From contig JAZSOW010000016.1 of the NCBI GenBank assembly GCA_045537135.1, positions 5,454-69,453 on the forward strand: a stretch of DNA of 64,000 nt, written 5' to 3'. Every line of letters starts with the position of its first letter. Positions within the stretch are counted from its first letter, which is position 1. Of the stretch, positions 53,870 through 64,000 are shown in pieces. The translations under genes were made by a program, and so were the position numbers. This stretch comes from Acutalibacteraceae bacterium. GTDB taxonomy: Bacteria; Bacillota; Clostridia; Oscillospirales; Acutalibacteraceae. Under the pieces are notes generated by a model. It was not told the DNA's origin. It saw only the letters and a program-made list of their open reading frames with translations, and searched no databases.

Positions 53870-54634
53870 ATGAGCGTATTGGAGGGTATCACCGTCACCG
53901 CCATCAAGGAGGTCATCAACGTCGCTTCCGTCCGGTCGGCACCGCACCCCATCGTCAACCGAAGCACCTATGGGCTATCCTTCTGCACCGCCGGCGAGAT
54001 CCGCTACACCCATCAGGGGCGCGTGTTCATCTCCCGCCCCGGCGTGGCTATCCTGCACCCTCAAGGCTCTACCTATATGCTGGAACGCACGGCGGATGGT
54101 CATTTTCCCCTCGTCAATTTCCTGTGCGAGGACGGGTTCCCCGCCGATGCGTTTACCGTCATCCCATTGCAGGAGCCGGAACGGTATCTGCGGCGCTTCC
54201 AGCGACTGCAGCAGTACTGTCAGGAGACCCGCAACCGGCACCGGGCCATGGCGGTCTTTTACGACATACTGGCTATGCTGGAGGATGAGCAGCGTATGGA
54301 CAGCCTGCCCCTGCAACGGGCCATGACCTACCTACAGGAGAATTACAGTGAGCCCCATCTGCACATTGAGGACGTAGCCGCGTATGCGGGCATCAGCGAG
54401 GTATGGCTACGCCGCCAGTTTGCCGATGCCTACGGTATGAGCCCCAAGCAATACGTGCTGGAGCGGCGGCTAAGCAAGGCTCAACAGCTACTGACTGAAA
54501 GCGACCTTACCGTCACCCAGGTGGCGGAGGCCTGCGGCTTTGGTGGCATCTATCACTTTTGTCGCATCTTTAAGGAAAAGACCGGGTACACCCCCACCGC
54601 CTACGCGGCGCGGCAACGGCAATTGCCCTTATAA
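53870..54634 (+). CDS. AraC-family transcriptional regulator
   Basis: Cupin N-terminus and AraC HTH C-terminus (VAEACGFGGIYHFCRIFKEKTGYTP). It is divergent from the SDR operon. Confidence 0.8.
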   Translation: MSVLEGITVTAIKEVINVASVRSAPHPIVNRSTYGLSFCTAGEIRYTHQGRVFISRPGVAILHPQGSTYMLERTADGHFPLVNFLCEDGFPADAFTVIPLQEPERYLRRFQRLQQYCQETRNRHRAMAVFYDILAMLEDEQRMDSLPLQRAMTYLQENYSEPHLHIEDVAAYAGISEVWLRRQFADAYGMSPKQYVLERRLSKAQQLLTESDLTVTQVAEACGFGGIYHFCRIFKEKTGYTPTAYAARQRQLPL

Positions 54635-55561
54635 GGTCCCCAGCGTTTTCAATTCCAGGATAATGCCCTCCCGGATGGGGAGGAAATCCACCGCCGTCAG
54701 CCCGGTAGCCTCCAGCACCTTGCGATTGTCAATGGCCCGGTCATACAGACGGTCGCAGTACAACCCATACAGGTTGGTAGGATTGAGCTTTACGTAGGTA
54801 TCGGTGTCCACCCACTCAAAACGGGCACCGATGAGCTCGGTGTAGATGTTCGCCACCTGATCCCAGGTCAAGTTTTGTGCCGAGGAGATGGTGTACGCCT
54901 GCCGGAAAGTGTGGGGCTTAAACAACAGATGTGCCAACAATTTTCCTGTGTTTCCCGCCCAATCCAGTCCGGCGGTGAGATAGCGAGCCTCGGCGGGCAT
55001 AGTGAGCACCTCTCCCTTTTTGGCGGCCTCCAGCACCTGGTGGCTGTGGCGCATCACCACGTCCAGCCGGTACTGGGAGAAGGAGATCACCGGGCGCACC
55101 GCCGTCCAGTTGTCCCTGTGGGAGGCGGCCATATACCGCTCACACAGGGTCTTGGGTACAGCGTAGGTCTCTTTTGACAGGTATTCCTTGTCTAAGGTGT
55201 CCCAGAGAAGCGGTGCCTCTTCCGTGATGGGGTGCTGTTCATTGGCATACACCCGGTAGGAGGACAGGAACAGCAGGTGGTCGGTGTTATCCGTCAACAG
55301 CTCAAAGTAAGGAATGTATTCCTCTAAGGTGTTATAATGGATGAAATTGACGATGCCGTCATAATGCTTTTTGGCAAAGAGGTCGCCCAGCAGATCCTCG
55401 CTGACCATCGCCTGAATGAAGGTGAGGGACGGATGATGGGACGTCTTTTCCTCCGGGCAGATGATGTCCACCCGGCAGCCCAAAGCCAGTAATTCCTCCG
55501 CCGTGGCGGTGCCCAGGGTGCCGCCGCCGGCGATCAGCAGAACATTCTTATTCTCGTTCAT
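54629..55561 (-). CDS. NAD-dependent epimerase/dehydratase-family (atypical SDR) protein, paralogue B
   Basis: GGGTLG motif and Y-x-x-x-K (YAVPK). It is a paralogue of 51161-52168. The ATG overlaps the upstream TGA by 1 nt. Confidence 0.7.
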   Translation of the reverse strand: MNENKNVLLIAGGGTLGTATAEELLALGCRVDIICPEEKTSHHPSLTFIQAMVSEDLLGDLFAKKHYDGIVNFIHYNTLEEYIPYFELLTDNTDHLLFLSSYRVYANEQHPITEEAPLLWDTLDKEYLSKETYAVPKTLCERYMAASHRDNWTAVRPVISFSQYRLDVVMRHSHQVLEAAKKGEVLTMPAEARYLTAGLDWAGNTGKLLAHLLFKPHTFRQAYTISSAQNLTWDQVANIYTELIGARFEWVDTDTYVKLNPTNLYGLYCDRLYDRAIDNRKVLEATGLTAVDFLPIREGIILELKTLGTL

Positions 55562-56559
55562 CACACATTCTCCCCGCAGCATTTCAGTACGGTCTTGTAC
55601 AGCTCCAGCTCATAGTCGGGAGTAAAGGGGTTCTTCTTCTCCCCCCGCACCATGGCGGCAAAAGCAGAAGTCATCGCCGTGTAGCGGTCATAGGGCGGCG
55701 TCACAGTATGTTCGCCCGCCTTGTGCCAGTCGGCAGTGTCGTATTTCATCCGCTCGGTGACCATACCGCCCTCCACGTACCATTCCAGGGGTTTCAGCTC
55801 CACCGTCTTTTTAGTGCCGGTGACCACCAGCTGGCGGCGGGCAAAGCCGCCCTTCTCCACGGCACAGGTCTTGACAAAGGACATACCCCGGTCGTATTCC
55901 AGCACCGCCAGGCCGTAGTCCAGCCCGGTCGTCCCCTCCACACCGGTGGCGGTGTTCAGCGGGATGATCCGGCGAGGCTTACCCTGCAGTAAGAGTACCA
56001 GATCCACCAGATGACAGCCCAGGAAAAACATCATCCCGCCAGGGAAGCCGGTGAGCCACTGGCGCACCTCCTTACCGTGGGGACAGTTCATCTGGGCTTC
56101 CACGCTGATGATCTCCCCCAGCTCCCCCCGAGCGTTCTGCTCCAGCAGCTCCTGCACCATAGGGTTATAGCGATACATATACCCGGTGTGGAACACCTTG
56201 CCGGTGCACTTCACCGTTACGATCAGCTTCTCGAAGTCCGGCAGGGAAACCCCGCCGGGCTTTTCCATATGGATATGCTTACCGTGCTGTGCCGCCATCA
56301 GAGCGTACTTGGTGGTGTACACCTCGTCGGTCTCCACGGTGACAGCTTCGATGGTATCGTCCTCCAGCACCTGCTCCAGGGTCAGCTCCGGATAGCCTTC
56401 AAAGCAGCTAAGGCGGTGGGCGATGCGCTCCCGCTCCCCCTTCGGCAGGACGTAGCCGGCGATATCGAACAGCTCCGGCTGTTTTTTAAGGGTGTTGAAC
56501 ACGTCGGGGGAATGGCTGTTTAGGTTCATACCAATGTGAGCGATCTTAATCTTGCGCAT
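55561..56559 (-). CDS. Gfo/Idh/MocA-family oxidoreductase
   Basis: N-terminal Rossmann fold (IKIAHIGMN), the EKP motif (HMEKPG) and a C-terminal alpha/beta domain. Confidence 0.8.
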   Translation of the reverse strand: MRKIKIAHIGMNLNSHSPDVFNTLKKQPELFDIAGYVLPKGERERIAHRLSCFEGYPELTLEQVLEDDTIEAVTVETDEVYTTKYALMAAQHGKHIHMEKPGGVSLPDFEKLIVTVKCTGKVFHTGYMYRYNPMVQELLEQNARGELGEIISVEAQMNCPHGKEVRQWLTGFPGGMMFFLGCHLVDLVLLLQGKPRRIIPLNTATGVEGTTGLDYGLAVLEYDRGMSFVKTCAVEKGGFARRQLVVTGTKKTVELKPLEWYVEGGMVTERMKYDTADWHKAGEHTVTPPYDRYTAMTSAFAAMVRGEKKNPFTPDYELELYKTVLKCCGENV

Positions 56560-57599
56560 TACAGTAACCTCCAATCAAACTGTACGATGGGGAAGGATTT
56601 TTCCGTCACCAGCCGCTGATACACCGCCGGAGCTTCTTCGGGAGAATGGGTCTCCTCCACCAGAGTCTTCAGATCGATACGGCCACCAGCTACCAGCCGT
56701 AGCTGGGCGCGAACGTCGTCCTGTGTCGTCCACAGCGCGGCTGCGGATTCCACCTCCGGACGGGCGTGAGTGTGGGCGCCGATGAGGGAAATACCTGGGC
56801 CATGCACCTTGCGGTAATAGTCGATAGTAAAATCCGAGGAGCGGGTACACCCCAGCAATGCCACACGCCCCATCCGGGCGGTAGCATCCAGAGCGGTGTC
56901 CAGCCCGGCCCCAAGGCCGGTGACTTCAATGACGACGTTGGCGCCCTTGCCGGTGACCGCCTTCACCTGCGCGGCAAAATCTGACGCCAGCGGGTCAAAG
57001 TCATAGTCTGCACCCAGCCGCAGAGCCAATTCCCGCTTAACAGGGATGGGGTCGGCGGCGATGACCGGCACCGCCCCGGCAGCGCGCAGCTGCTGCACGG
57101 CCATGAGACCGAGAACACCCAGACCCATCACCAAGGCAGATTCTCCCACCTCCAGGCGGCATTTGCGGATGGCACCCAACGGAAAGGTGCCGATGTGGGT
57201 GAGTGCCGCCTCCTCAAAGGACAGGCTGTCATCCTCGATTTTGGTCACGTCGCACTCCGGCACGGTACTGTAGGCACTGTGAGTGCCCCAGGAGACCACC
57301 ACCCGGTCTCCTACGGCCACTCTCGTCACCTTGTCCCCCACCGCCACTACGGTGCCGGCGGCACTGTAGCCGGCATAGCGGGGGAAGCTGACCTGGGTAA
57401 ACACTTCAAAGGCGCTCACGTTCACATCTCCGGAGATGTTGGCACGCTCAGTGCCGCTGCTGACCGTAGAGACCGCCAGCCTCACCTGTACCTGGTCACC
57501 GGTAGGGGCGGTCATATCCACTTCCAATAATTCGGCGCAGTTAACGCCGGTAAATACGATCTGTCTATTTTTCACGCCAATCACCTCTGCCATTATCAT
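56559..57599 (-). CDS. Zinc-type alcohol dehydrogenase (MDR) family protein
   Basis: GroES-like N-domain and cofactor site GLGVLG. The start is uncertain (57599 or 57593) and there is no strong SD. Confidence 0.7.
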   Translation of the reverse strand: MIMAEVIGVKNRQIVFTGVNCAELLEVDMTAPTGDQVQVRLAVSTVSSGTERANISGDVNVSAFEVFTQVSFPRYAGYSAAGTVVAVGDKVTRVAVGDRVVVSWGTHSAYSTVPECDVTKIEDDSLSFEEAALTHIGTFPLGAIRKCRLEVGESALVMGLGVLGLMAVQQLRAAGAVPVIAADPIPVKRELALRLGADYDFDPLASDFAAQVKAVTGKGANVVIEVTGLGAGLDTALDATARMGRVALLGCTRSSDFTIDYYRKVHGPGISLIGAHTHARPEVESAAALWTTQDDVRAQLRLVAGGRIDLKTLVEETHSPEEAPAVYQRLVTEKSFPIVQFDWRLL

Positions 57600-57678
57600 A
57601 GCATATTGACAGCCGTTAAAAAACGCGCTATACTGCAAATAGCGCATACTATCCTATAAATTTTGTGGTGAATTTAAC

Positions 57679-58431
57679 GTGGACAACATAAAATTCCGTA
57701 ATTCCTTTCTGTTTGCACAGTACACCTTTCGCCAGTACCGACACAACCAGATCCTCCCCGGGGCGCCCTCCCACTACCTAGGGTATCTCCATGAGGGGTA
57801 CGGCCGTCTGCAAAGCCGAGATGCCACACTAACGGTGAGACCAGGAGATCTGTTTTACATCCCCAAGGGGTGCGCTTATCATTCCTATTGGCACAGCGAG
57901 GGAGATATCCGCTTCGACTCCCTCGGGTTTCAGTATTTCCCCTTTCCCCCGGACACGGCATACCCCTTGCAGGTGATAACCGTAACCTCCGAGCTGCGTG
58001 TCCTGCTGGCAGAGCTGTCGGCGCACAAGGAGATAGATGGGCTGTCGGTAGGATGGCTATACCAGATCCTGCAACTGGCTCTGCCCACCATGACGGTGGT
58101 TCCCAAAGCTCCCCGAGATCAACTGGCAGAGGAAGCCGTTGCCTATATGCACCGCTACCCCCACGCACCCGCCACACAGGTTGCCGCCGCCTGTCAGATC
58201 AGCGAGAGCACCCTCTACAACTGTCTTAAGAGAGTCTATCGTAAGACACCCGCTTTGATGCGTCAAGAGATCCTGGTACAGCAGGCTACCGGTCTGCTGA
58301 CCACCACCGACCTGTCGGTGGAGGAGATCAGCGACCGGCTGGGATTCAGTTCCGCCACCTATTTCCGTAAGGTGTTCAAGCAACACACCGGTCTGTCCCC
58401 CCGGCAGATGCGGCGGGAGCGGCCGGTATAG
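57679..58431 (+). CDS. AraC-family transcriptional regulator
   Basis: Cupin N-terminus and AraC HTH C-terminus (ISDRLGFSSATYFRKVFKQHTGLSP). It has a GTG start and is divergent from the MDR operon. Confidence 0.75.
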   Translation: MDNIKFRNSFLFAQYTFRQYRHNQILPGAPSHYLGYLHEGYGRLQSRDATLTVRPGDLFYIPKGCAYHSYWHSEGDIRFDSLGFQYFPFPPDTAYPLQVITVTSELRVLLAELSAHKEIDGLSVGWLYQILQLALPTMTVVPKAPRDQLAEEAVAYMHRYPHAPATQVAAACQISESTLYNCLKRVYRKTPALMRQEILVQQATGLLTTTDLSVEEISDRLGFSSATYFRKVFKQHTGLSPRQMRRERPV

Positions 58432-58595
58432 AAGAGAGTTGGACTATACCCTGAAAAAACGGACATTAAATAAACGAACCCCCTGTTGTTGAATTAAAAA
58501 CTACAACAGGGGGTTCGGTAGCATCTGCCATCGGCGCTTAAAATAGGGACCGATGCACACTGCAGAGCGATCAATTGTTCTAAGTACTTCTTTTC

Positions 58596-59681
58596 TTAGT
58601 TTTCAATTTTCCAAATTGTTTGCATGATGACCGAGGGGTCCTCTACCCGCTCCCGGGCGTAGAACACCGTTAGCAGACTGCCGTCTTTGAGCTCGACCAT
58701 GGTGGGATAGCCAAGGTCCGCGGAAGCGTCGTTTGTGTAGATGACGTGATCCTTGTCCCAGGTCTTACCTCCATCATAGGAAAACATGACCCGCAGGCCG
58801 TAAGGCACCTCACGGTAGCTATAGGCGGCAATGAGGACCCCGGAGGAGTGTTGCAACAGGTGCACCGGTGCGCCGCCATGGTCGGGGAGGAGCTTCTCCG
58901 GCACCGTCCAGGTCTTGCCACCATCGGTGGACATCGTTTGGAAGGTGGTAAAGGTGGGCTCCACACGGATGTGACAGATCAAAGTGCCATCCTTTAGCTG
59001 AATGGTGTAGGGCTCACAGGCCTTGCGCACGTTGCCCTCCTCCATGATCGGCGGTATCTCGCCCAGCTTATCCATGGTCCCATCCCGGTTGACACGGCAG
59101 GCGTGAATCGTATAGCCATCTACGTTGTCACGGCAGAAGGTGGATCCGACCCATAGAATGGAGCCGTCCTGTAGCTCAATGGGGCCGTGTGGATTGGTGA
59201 CAGGGCTTACATACAAGGGTCCAAAGGTAATGCCGTTGTCGTAGCTGATCTTATAAGTGGCACCCAGCACCGCCTCCTGCTGTTCCTCCGTAACCGTATC
59301 CAGATAAGCGGCCACATACCTCTGCACCGCTTCACTGCGGGCATCCACGTGGCCCTTGATCATCTGCCGCTGGAAGTCGCAAGTATTGTTAAAGGAGGTA
59401 AGGATCAGCCCGGATTTACCAAAGGTACACAGACCGGTATCCCGGTCATCCAGCACCGTGTCGATGATAGCCGCAGGGCGGGTATAGGTCTTACCTTCGT
59501 CCTCGCTGAAGGCCAGGACAGATTTCCCGAAAGGACATATGTGGGACAGACGGTAGCCGGAAGCCCCCACAGCGATGCGCCCATTTTTCAGCCGTATGGC
59601 GGTGGGCCATCCGAAATAGCAATGTAGACTGCCAGGGTTATCCATAATAACCCTCGCCTTGTCAACAACTTGAATTTTCAA
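58596..59681 (-). CDS. BNR/Asp-box repeat beta-propeller protein (sialidase/GH33-like fold), no signal peptide
   Basis: Four Asp-box-like motifs are present (SEDEGKTY, SYDNGITF, STDGGKTW, SYDGGKTW). The start is TTG at 59681 or ATG at 59645. Confidence 0.65.
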   Translation of the reverse strand: MKIQVVDKARVIMDNPGSLHCYFGWPTAIRLKNGRIAVGASGYRLSHICPFGKSVLAFSEDEGKTYTRPAAIIDTVLDDRDTGLCTFGKSGLILTSFNNTCDFQRQMIKGHVDARSEAVQRYVAAYLDTVTEEQQEAVLGATYKISYDNGITFGPLYVSPVTNPHGPIELQDGSILWVGSTFCRDNVDGYTIHACRVNRDGTMDKLGEIPPIMEEGNVRKACEPYTIQLKDGTLICHIRVEPTFTTFQTMSTDGGKTWTVPEKLLPDHGGAPVHLLQHSSGVLIAAYSYREVPYGLRVMFSYDGGKTWDKDHVIYTNDASADLGYPTMVELKDGSLLTVFYARERVEDPSVIMQTIWKIEN

Positions 59682-59923
59682 AAAATCGCCCCTTTTCCTA
59701 TCGAAAAGACGTCGGTTTTGCTGTGTACTCTAATTATAGCAAAGTCGCGGTCTATGTCAATCCATCTATGCGACATATTCGTTGACAGATGTCGTTTGGG
59801 GGAATGCTTATGATTATTGAGCTACAAGTACAGATCGGGCCCGCCATGCGGCGGGTGTTCCTACCACACGGGACAAAAGGTCTTTTCCAACCATGTATCC
59901 ACTCTCCACAGCCACTGCTTCGG

Positions 59924-62374
59924 TCACAGCACCTTGTAGCCAGCGGCTTCAATCGCAGTCTTGAGCACCGCGTCCGGCACAGCGGCGGTCAGGGTAACCA
60001 CTGCGGTGCCCGCCTGATGGCTGGCGGTGGCCGATGCCACGCCGTCCAGAGCCTCTAAGGCTTTCTTGACGTGTGCCTCACAATGGGGGCACATCATGCC
60101 CTCGATCTTCAGGGTCTTTTCCACGGGTTTGTCCTCCTTTGCTTGTATAGTCTTGTTAAAGCGAAACAGATTAAGGCGTAGGGCATTGGTCACCACGCAG
60201 AAGCTGGACAGGCTCATGGCTGCCGCGCCGAACATGGGGCTGAGTTGCCAGCCAAGCAAGGGAATGAACACCCCTGCCGCCAGCGGAATACCGATCATAT
60301 TGTAGATAAATGCCCAGAACAGATTCTGATGGATATTGCGCAAGGTAGCACGGCTCAAACGGATGGCGGCGGGCACATCTGACAAGCGGCTGTGCATCAG
60401 TACCACATCCGCCGCATCGATGGCAATATCTGTACCGGCGCCGATGGCGATGCCGGTATCCGCCCGGGTCAAAGCGGGGGCGTCATTGATACCATCTCCC
60501 ACCATAGCGGTCTCCCCCTGTGCCATCAGGCGGCGGATGGCATCCTCCTTGCCGGCGGGTAATACCTCCGCTATCACCTCATCCACTCCGACCTGTCGGC
60601 CAATGGCAGCGGCGGTGCGGACGTTATCGCCGGTAAGCATCACCACACGGATACCCATGTCTCGCAGTTCCCGGATGGCGGCGGGGCTATCCTCCTTGAG
60701 CACGTCCGCCACGGCAATGACACCCAACAGTTCTCCATCTTGTGCGAAAAACAGCGGTGTCTTGCCCGCCTCCGCCAACTCCTCTGCCTGAGTGACTATT
60801 TGAGCGGGAAGGGATAAGCGCGTTTCCATAAACGCCCGGTTACCTGCGCACAGCGGCCTGCCATCCAAGGTAGCCTCCAACCCACTCCCGGGTAGAACAC
60901 GGAAATCCGTCACCGGGGCTGCGGTAATCCCCCGTTCCCTGGCATAAGCACACACCGCCTGCGCCAGGGGATGCTCGCTCTTACTTTCCAGCGCATAGGC
61001 GACAGTCAGCAATGCGGTCTCCTCCACCGCATGCGGCCGGATGTCTGTGACATGGGGCTCCCCCTTGGTAATGGTACCGGTCTTATCCAGTGCCACAATG
61101 CGGGTGCGCCCTGTGTGCTCCAAGGAAGCGGCGGTCTTGAACAGCACCCCATGACGAGCACCCACGCCATTGCCCACCATGATGGCCACCGGCGTGGCAA
61201 GCCCCAGGGCGCAGGGGCAACTGATGACCAGCACGGAGATTCCTCGGGCCAGTGCAAAGCCCGCGCTTTCTCCCAACAACAGCCACACAGCTACAGTGAT
61301 AACGGCCAAGGCGATGACCACCGGCACAAACACACCGGAGACCTTGTCGGCCACCTTAGCGATAGGAGCTTTGGTCGCCGCCGCGTCCTCCACCAGGTGA
61401 ATGATGCGGGACAGGGTAGTATCTTCCCCTACGCGGCTGGCACGACAGGTGAGGTGGCCGGAGCGGTTGACGGTGGCGGCAGACACGGTGTCCCCCACCG
61501 CTTTTTCCACCGGCACGCTCTCCCCGGTAAGGGCGGCCTCATCCACCGCACTGCTCCCCTCCAGCACAACGCCATCCACCGGCACCGATCCGCCCGGAAG
61601 GACAGTAAAGATGTCTCCTACCTTCACTCGCTCAATAGGCACCACCGTTTCGGTGCCATCCACCAGCAGAGTGGCCGTCTTTGGGCGTAAATCTATCAGC
61701 CCTCGCAGGGCGTCGGTGGTGCGCCCCTTGGAGCGGGCCTCCAGCATCTTACCCACGGTGATGAGCGTCAGGATCATCGCCGCCGACTCAAAGTACAGGT
61801 CGTGCAGACCGTGTGCAGCGGTATGGCCACCGGCTGTCATAGTAAACAACACATAGGTGCTATACCCAAAGGCCGCACCCGCCCCCAGTGCCACCAAGGT
61901 GTCCATGTTGGGAGCACGATTCAGCAGTGATTTAAATCCACTAATGAAAAACCGCTGGTTGATCACCATGACGGCGGCAGTCAGCAATAGCTGAACAAGT
62001 GCCAGTGCCAAGGGATTGGCGGCTAATATCGTCGGTAGCGGCCAGTCCCACATCACGTGGCCCATAGACACATACATCAGCGGCAATAAAAAGCAAAGCG
62101 AGGCGAGCAAGCGTCGTCGTAGCTGTGGTGTAGACTTATCCTCTAGGGCATCGGTGGCTTTAGCGCTCTTTACCCCTTTCGGGGAGGCGCCGTAGCCGAC
62201 TCCCTCCACCGCGGCGATAATAGCCGCCGGAGAAGCGGTGCCTTCCACCCCCATGGAATTGGTCAGCAGGCTCACCGAGCAGGCGGTAACACCGTCAACA
62301 GCCGCCACGGCTTTCTCCACCCGGGCACTGCAGGCAGCACAGGTCATACCGGTCACAGAATATTGTTTCATCAT
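59924..62374 (-). CDS. copA: Copper-translocating P1B-type ATPase with N-terminal and C-terminal heavy-metal-associated domains
   Basis: The N-terminus has GMTCAAC. The core has TM CPC (SCPCALG), DKTGT and GDGIND. The C-terminal 70 aa form a second HMA domain (GMMCPHC). The ATG at 62374 follows ggag. Confidence 0.9.
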   Translation of the reverse strand: MMKQYSVTGMTCAACSARVEKAVAAVDGVTACSVSLLTNSMGVEGTASPAAIIAAVEGVGYGASPKGVKSAKATDALEDKSTPQLRRRLLASLCFLLPLMYVSMGHVMWDWPLPTILAANPLALALVQLLLTAAVMVINQRFFISGFKSLLNRAPNMDTLVALGAGAAFGYSTYVLFTMTAGGHTAAHGLHDLYFESAAMILTLITVGKMLEARSKGRTTDALRGLIDLRPKTATLLVDGTETVVPIERVKVGDIFTVLPGGSVPVDGVVLEGSSAVDEAALTGESVPVEKAVGDTVSAATVNRSGHLTCRASRVGEDTTLSRIIHLVEDAAATKAPIAKVADKVSGVFVPVVIALAVITVAVWLLLGESAGFALARGISVLVISCPCALGLATPVAIMVGNGVGARHGVLFKTAASLEHTGRTRIVALDKTGTITKGEPHVTDIRPHAVEETALLTVAYALESKSEHPLAQAVCAYARERGITAAPVTDFRVLPGSGLEATLDGRPLCAGNRAFMETRLSLPAQIVTQAEELAEAGKTPLFFAQDGELLGVIAVADVLKEDSPAAIRELRDMGIRVVMLTGDNVRTAAAIGRQVGVDEVIAEVLPAGKEDAIRRLMAQGETAMVGDGINDAPALTRADTGIAIGAGTDIAIDAADVVLMHSRLSDVPAAIRLSRATLRNIHQNLFWAFIYNMIGIPLAAGVFIPLLGWQLSPMFGAAAMSLSSFCVVTNALRLNLFRFNKTIQAKEDKPVEKTLKIEGMMCPHCEAHVKKALEALDGVASATASHQAGTAVVTLTAAVPDAVLKTAIEAAGYKVL

Positions 62375-62382
62375 GCACACTC

Positions 62383-62688
62383 CTACATCAGCTTCTGCAA
62401 TATGTCCACGAGTTCTTCTGCCGTAGCGGTATCTCCTCGTTGCAGATCCTGCGCCACACATCCACGGATATGGTGTCCCATGAGCTCCTTGTTAAACCCA
62501 TTGAGGGCGGCGGCGGCCGCCGCCGGCTGGGTGGGAATATCCACGCAGTAGGCGGCGTTCTCTACCATCCGCCGGATGCCTCGGATCTGTCCTTCCAGAC
62601 GGTTGAGCCGGTGGATGAGCTTTTTACGTTCCTCCTCGCTGCGGCGGGTCGTTTTTTCGCCACAACAGGTACAAGCTTCTTCGATCAT
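62383..62688 (-). CDS. csoR: CsoR-family metal-sensing transcriptional repressor
   Basis: It has the block LNRLEGQIRGIRRMVE and Cys/His ligand positions (C in AYCVD, HxxxC in HHIRGC). The ATG at 62688 follows ggaggtg. Confidence 0.85.
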   Translation of the reverse strand: MIEEACTCCGEKTTRRSEEERKKLIHRLNRLEGQIRGIRRMVENAAYCVDIPTQPAAAAAALNGFNKELMGHHIRGCVAQDLQRGDTATAEELVDILQKLM

Positions 62689-62713
62689 GACGGTCACCTC
62701 CTTCTCTTGTATT

Positions 62714-62734
62714 ATATACCCCAAGGGGGTATAT
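62714..62734. promoter_or_regulatory. CsoR-type operator palindrome ATATACCCC-AAG-GGGGTATAT
   Basis: A GC-tract inverted repeat of the TACCC...GGGTA type, 26 nt upstream of the csoR start. Confidence 0.6.
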
Positions 62735-62747
62735 GTCAAGAGGTAAA

Positions 62748-62783
62748 AAGTACCCCGCTTCCACGAAGGAAGCGGGGTACTTT
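62748..62783. terminator. Bidirectional terminator (downstream of tuf)
   Basis: A 17-bp stem aaaagtaccccgcttcc/ggaagcggggtactttt with loop acga. Confidence 0.7.
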
Positions 62784-62811
62784 TGGTTACATGCTGTGCG
62801 TTTACGTCAGA

Positions 62812-64000
<1,189 letters not shown>

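Noticed and set aside
59752-60058. Short ORFs 59752-59952 (-) and 59789-60058 (+) between the BNR gene and copA.
   Set aside because: They have no RBS and a Cys/Arg-rich junk composition. One of them overlaps the 3' end of copA on the opposite strand.

Overview
This is a 64-kb chromosomal segment from a high-GC (about 60% by eye) spore-forming, Clostridia-type Firmicute. It carries two alpha/beta SASP genes, spo0A, and tuf at the right edge. The family is probably Oscillospiraceae/Ruminococcaceae-like, but that cannot be proven from this window. The left edge is the distal end of a prophage: tail fibre, XhlA-like protein, holin and amidase endolysin. These are followed by a Cys-rich ORF, a SASP gene and a tRNA-Gln(CUG). 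Three visibly AT-rich islands interrupt the backbone. (1) About 4.33-8.95 kb, directly 3' of tRNA-Gln and ending at an orphan tRNA 3'-half. It holds two large cytoplasmic glycosidase-like ORFs, one of them bracketed by a perfect 22-bp inverted repeat. (2) About 21.99-30.46 kb, starting inside a truncated AraC gene. It holds a xylose cassette (AraC, xylB, xylA, GH43) flanked by two abrB 5'-fragments, plus TrkH/TrkA. (3) About 41.25-44.1 kb, next to spo0A, holding an XRE regulator, a zinc-ribbon membrane protein and a lipoprotein. Backbone genes are as follows: CapA-like protein; a hexuronate locus (AraC, CE15 esterase, kdgK, eda, LacI regulator, uxaC, CE4 deacetylase); a heterodimeric ABC exporter pair; methyltransferase/SDR; ABC-F ATPase; an operon of MBL hydrolase, EamA, DUF2461, UPF0340 and Mrp behind a 280-nt structured non-coding element; the deoC-deoD-deoB-cdd-pdp operon; two AraC-controlled oxidoreductase operons of unknown substrate; a BNR propeller protein; and csoR-copA. 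I saw no integrase, transposase, CRISPR array, rRNA or recognisable defence system. The items most worth following up are non-coding or structural: the tRNA-linked island with its orphan tRNA half, the 22-bp inverted-repeat cassette, the abrB-fragment repeats, the 39.4-39.7 kb element and the paired redox operons. All coordinates and repeat comparisons were made by eye, and product calls rest on remembered family signatures, not on searches.
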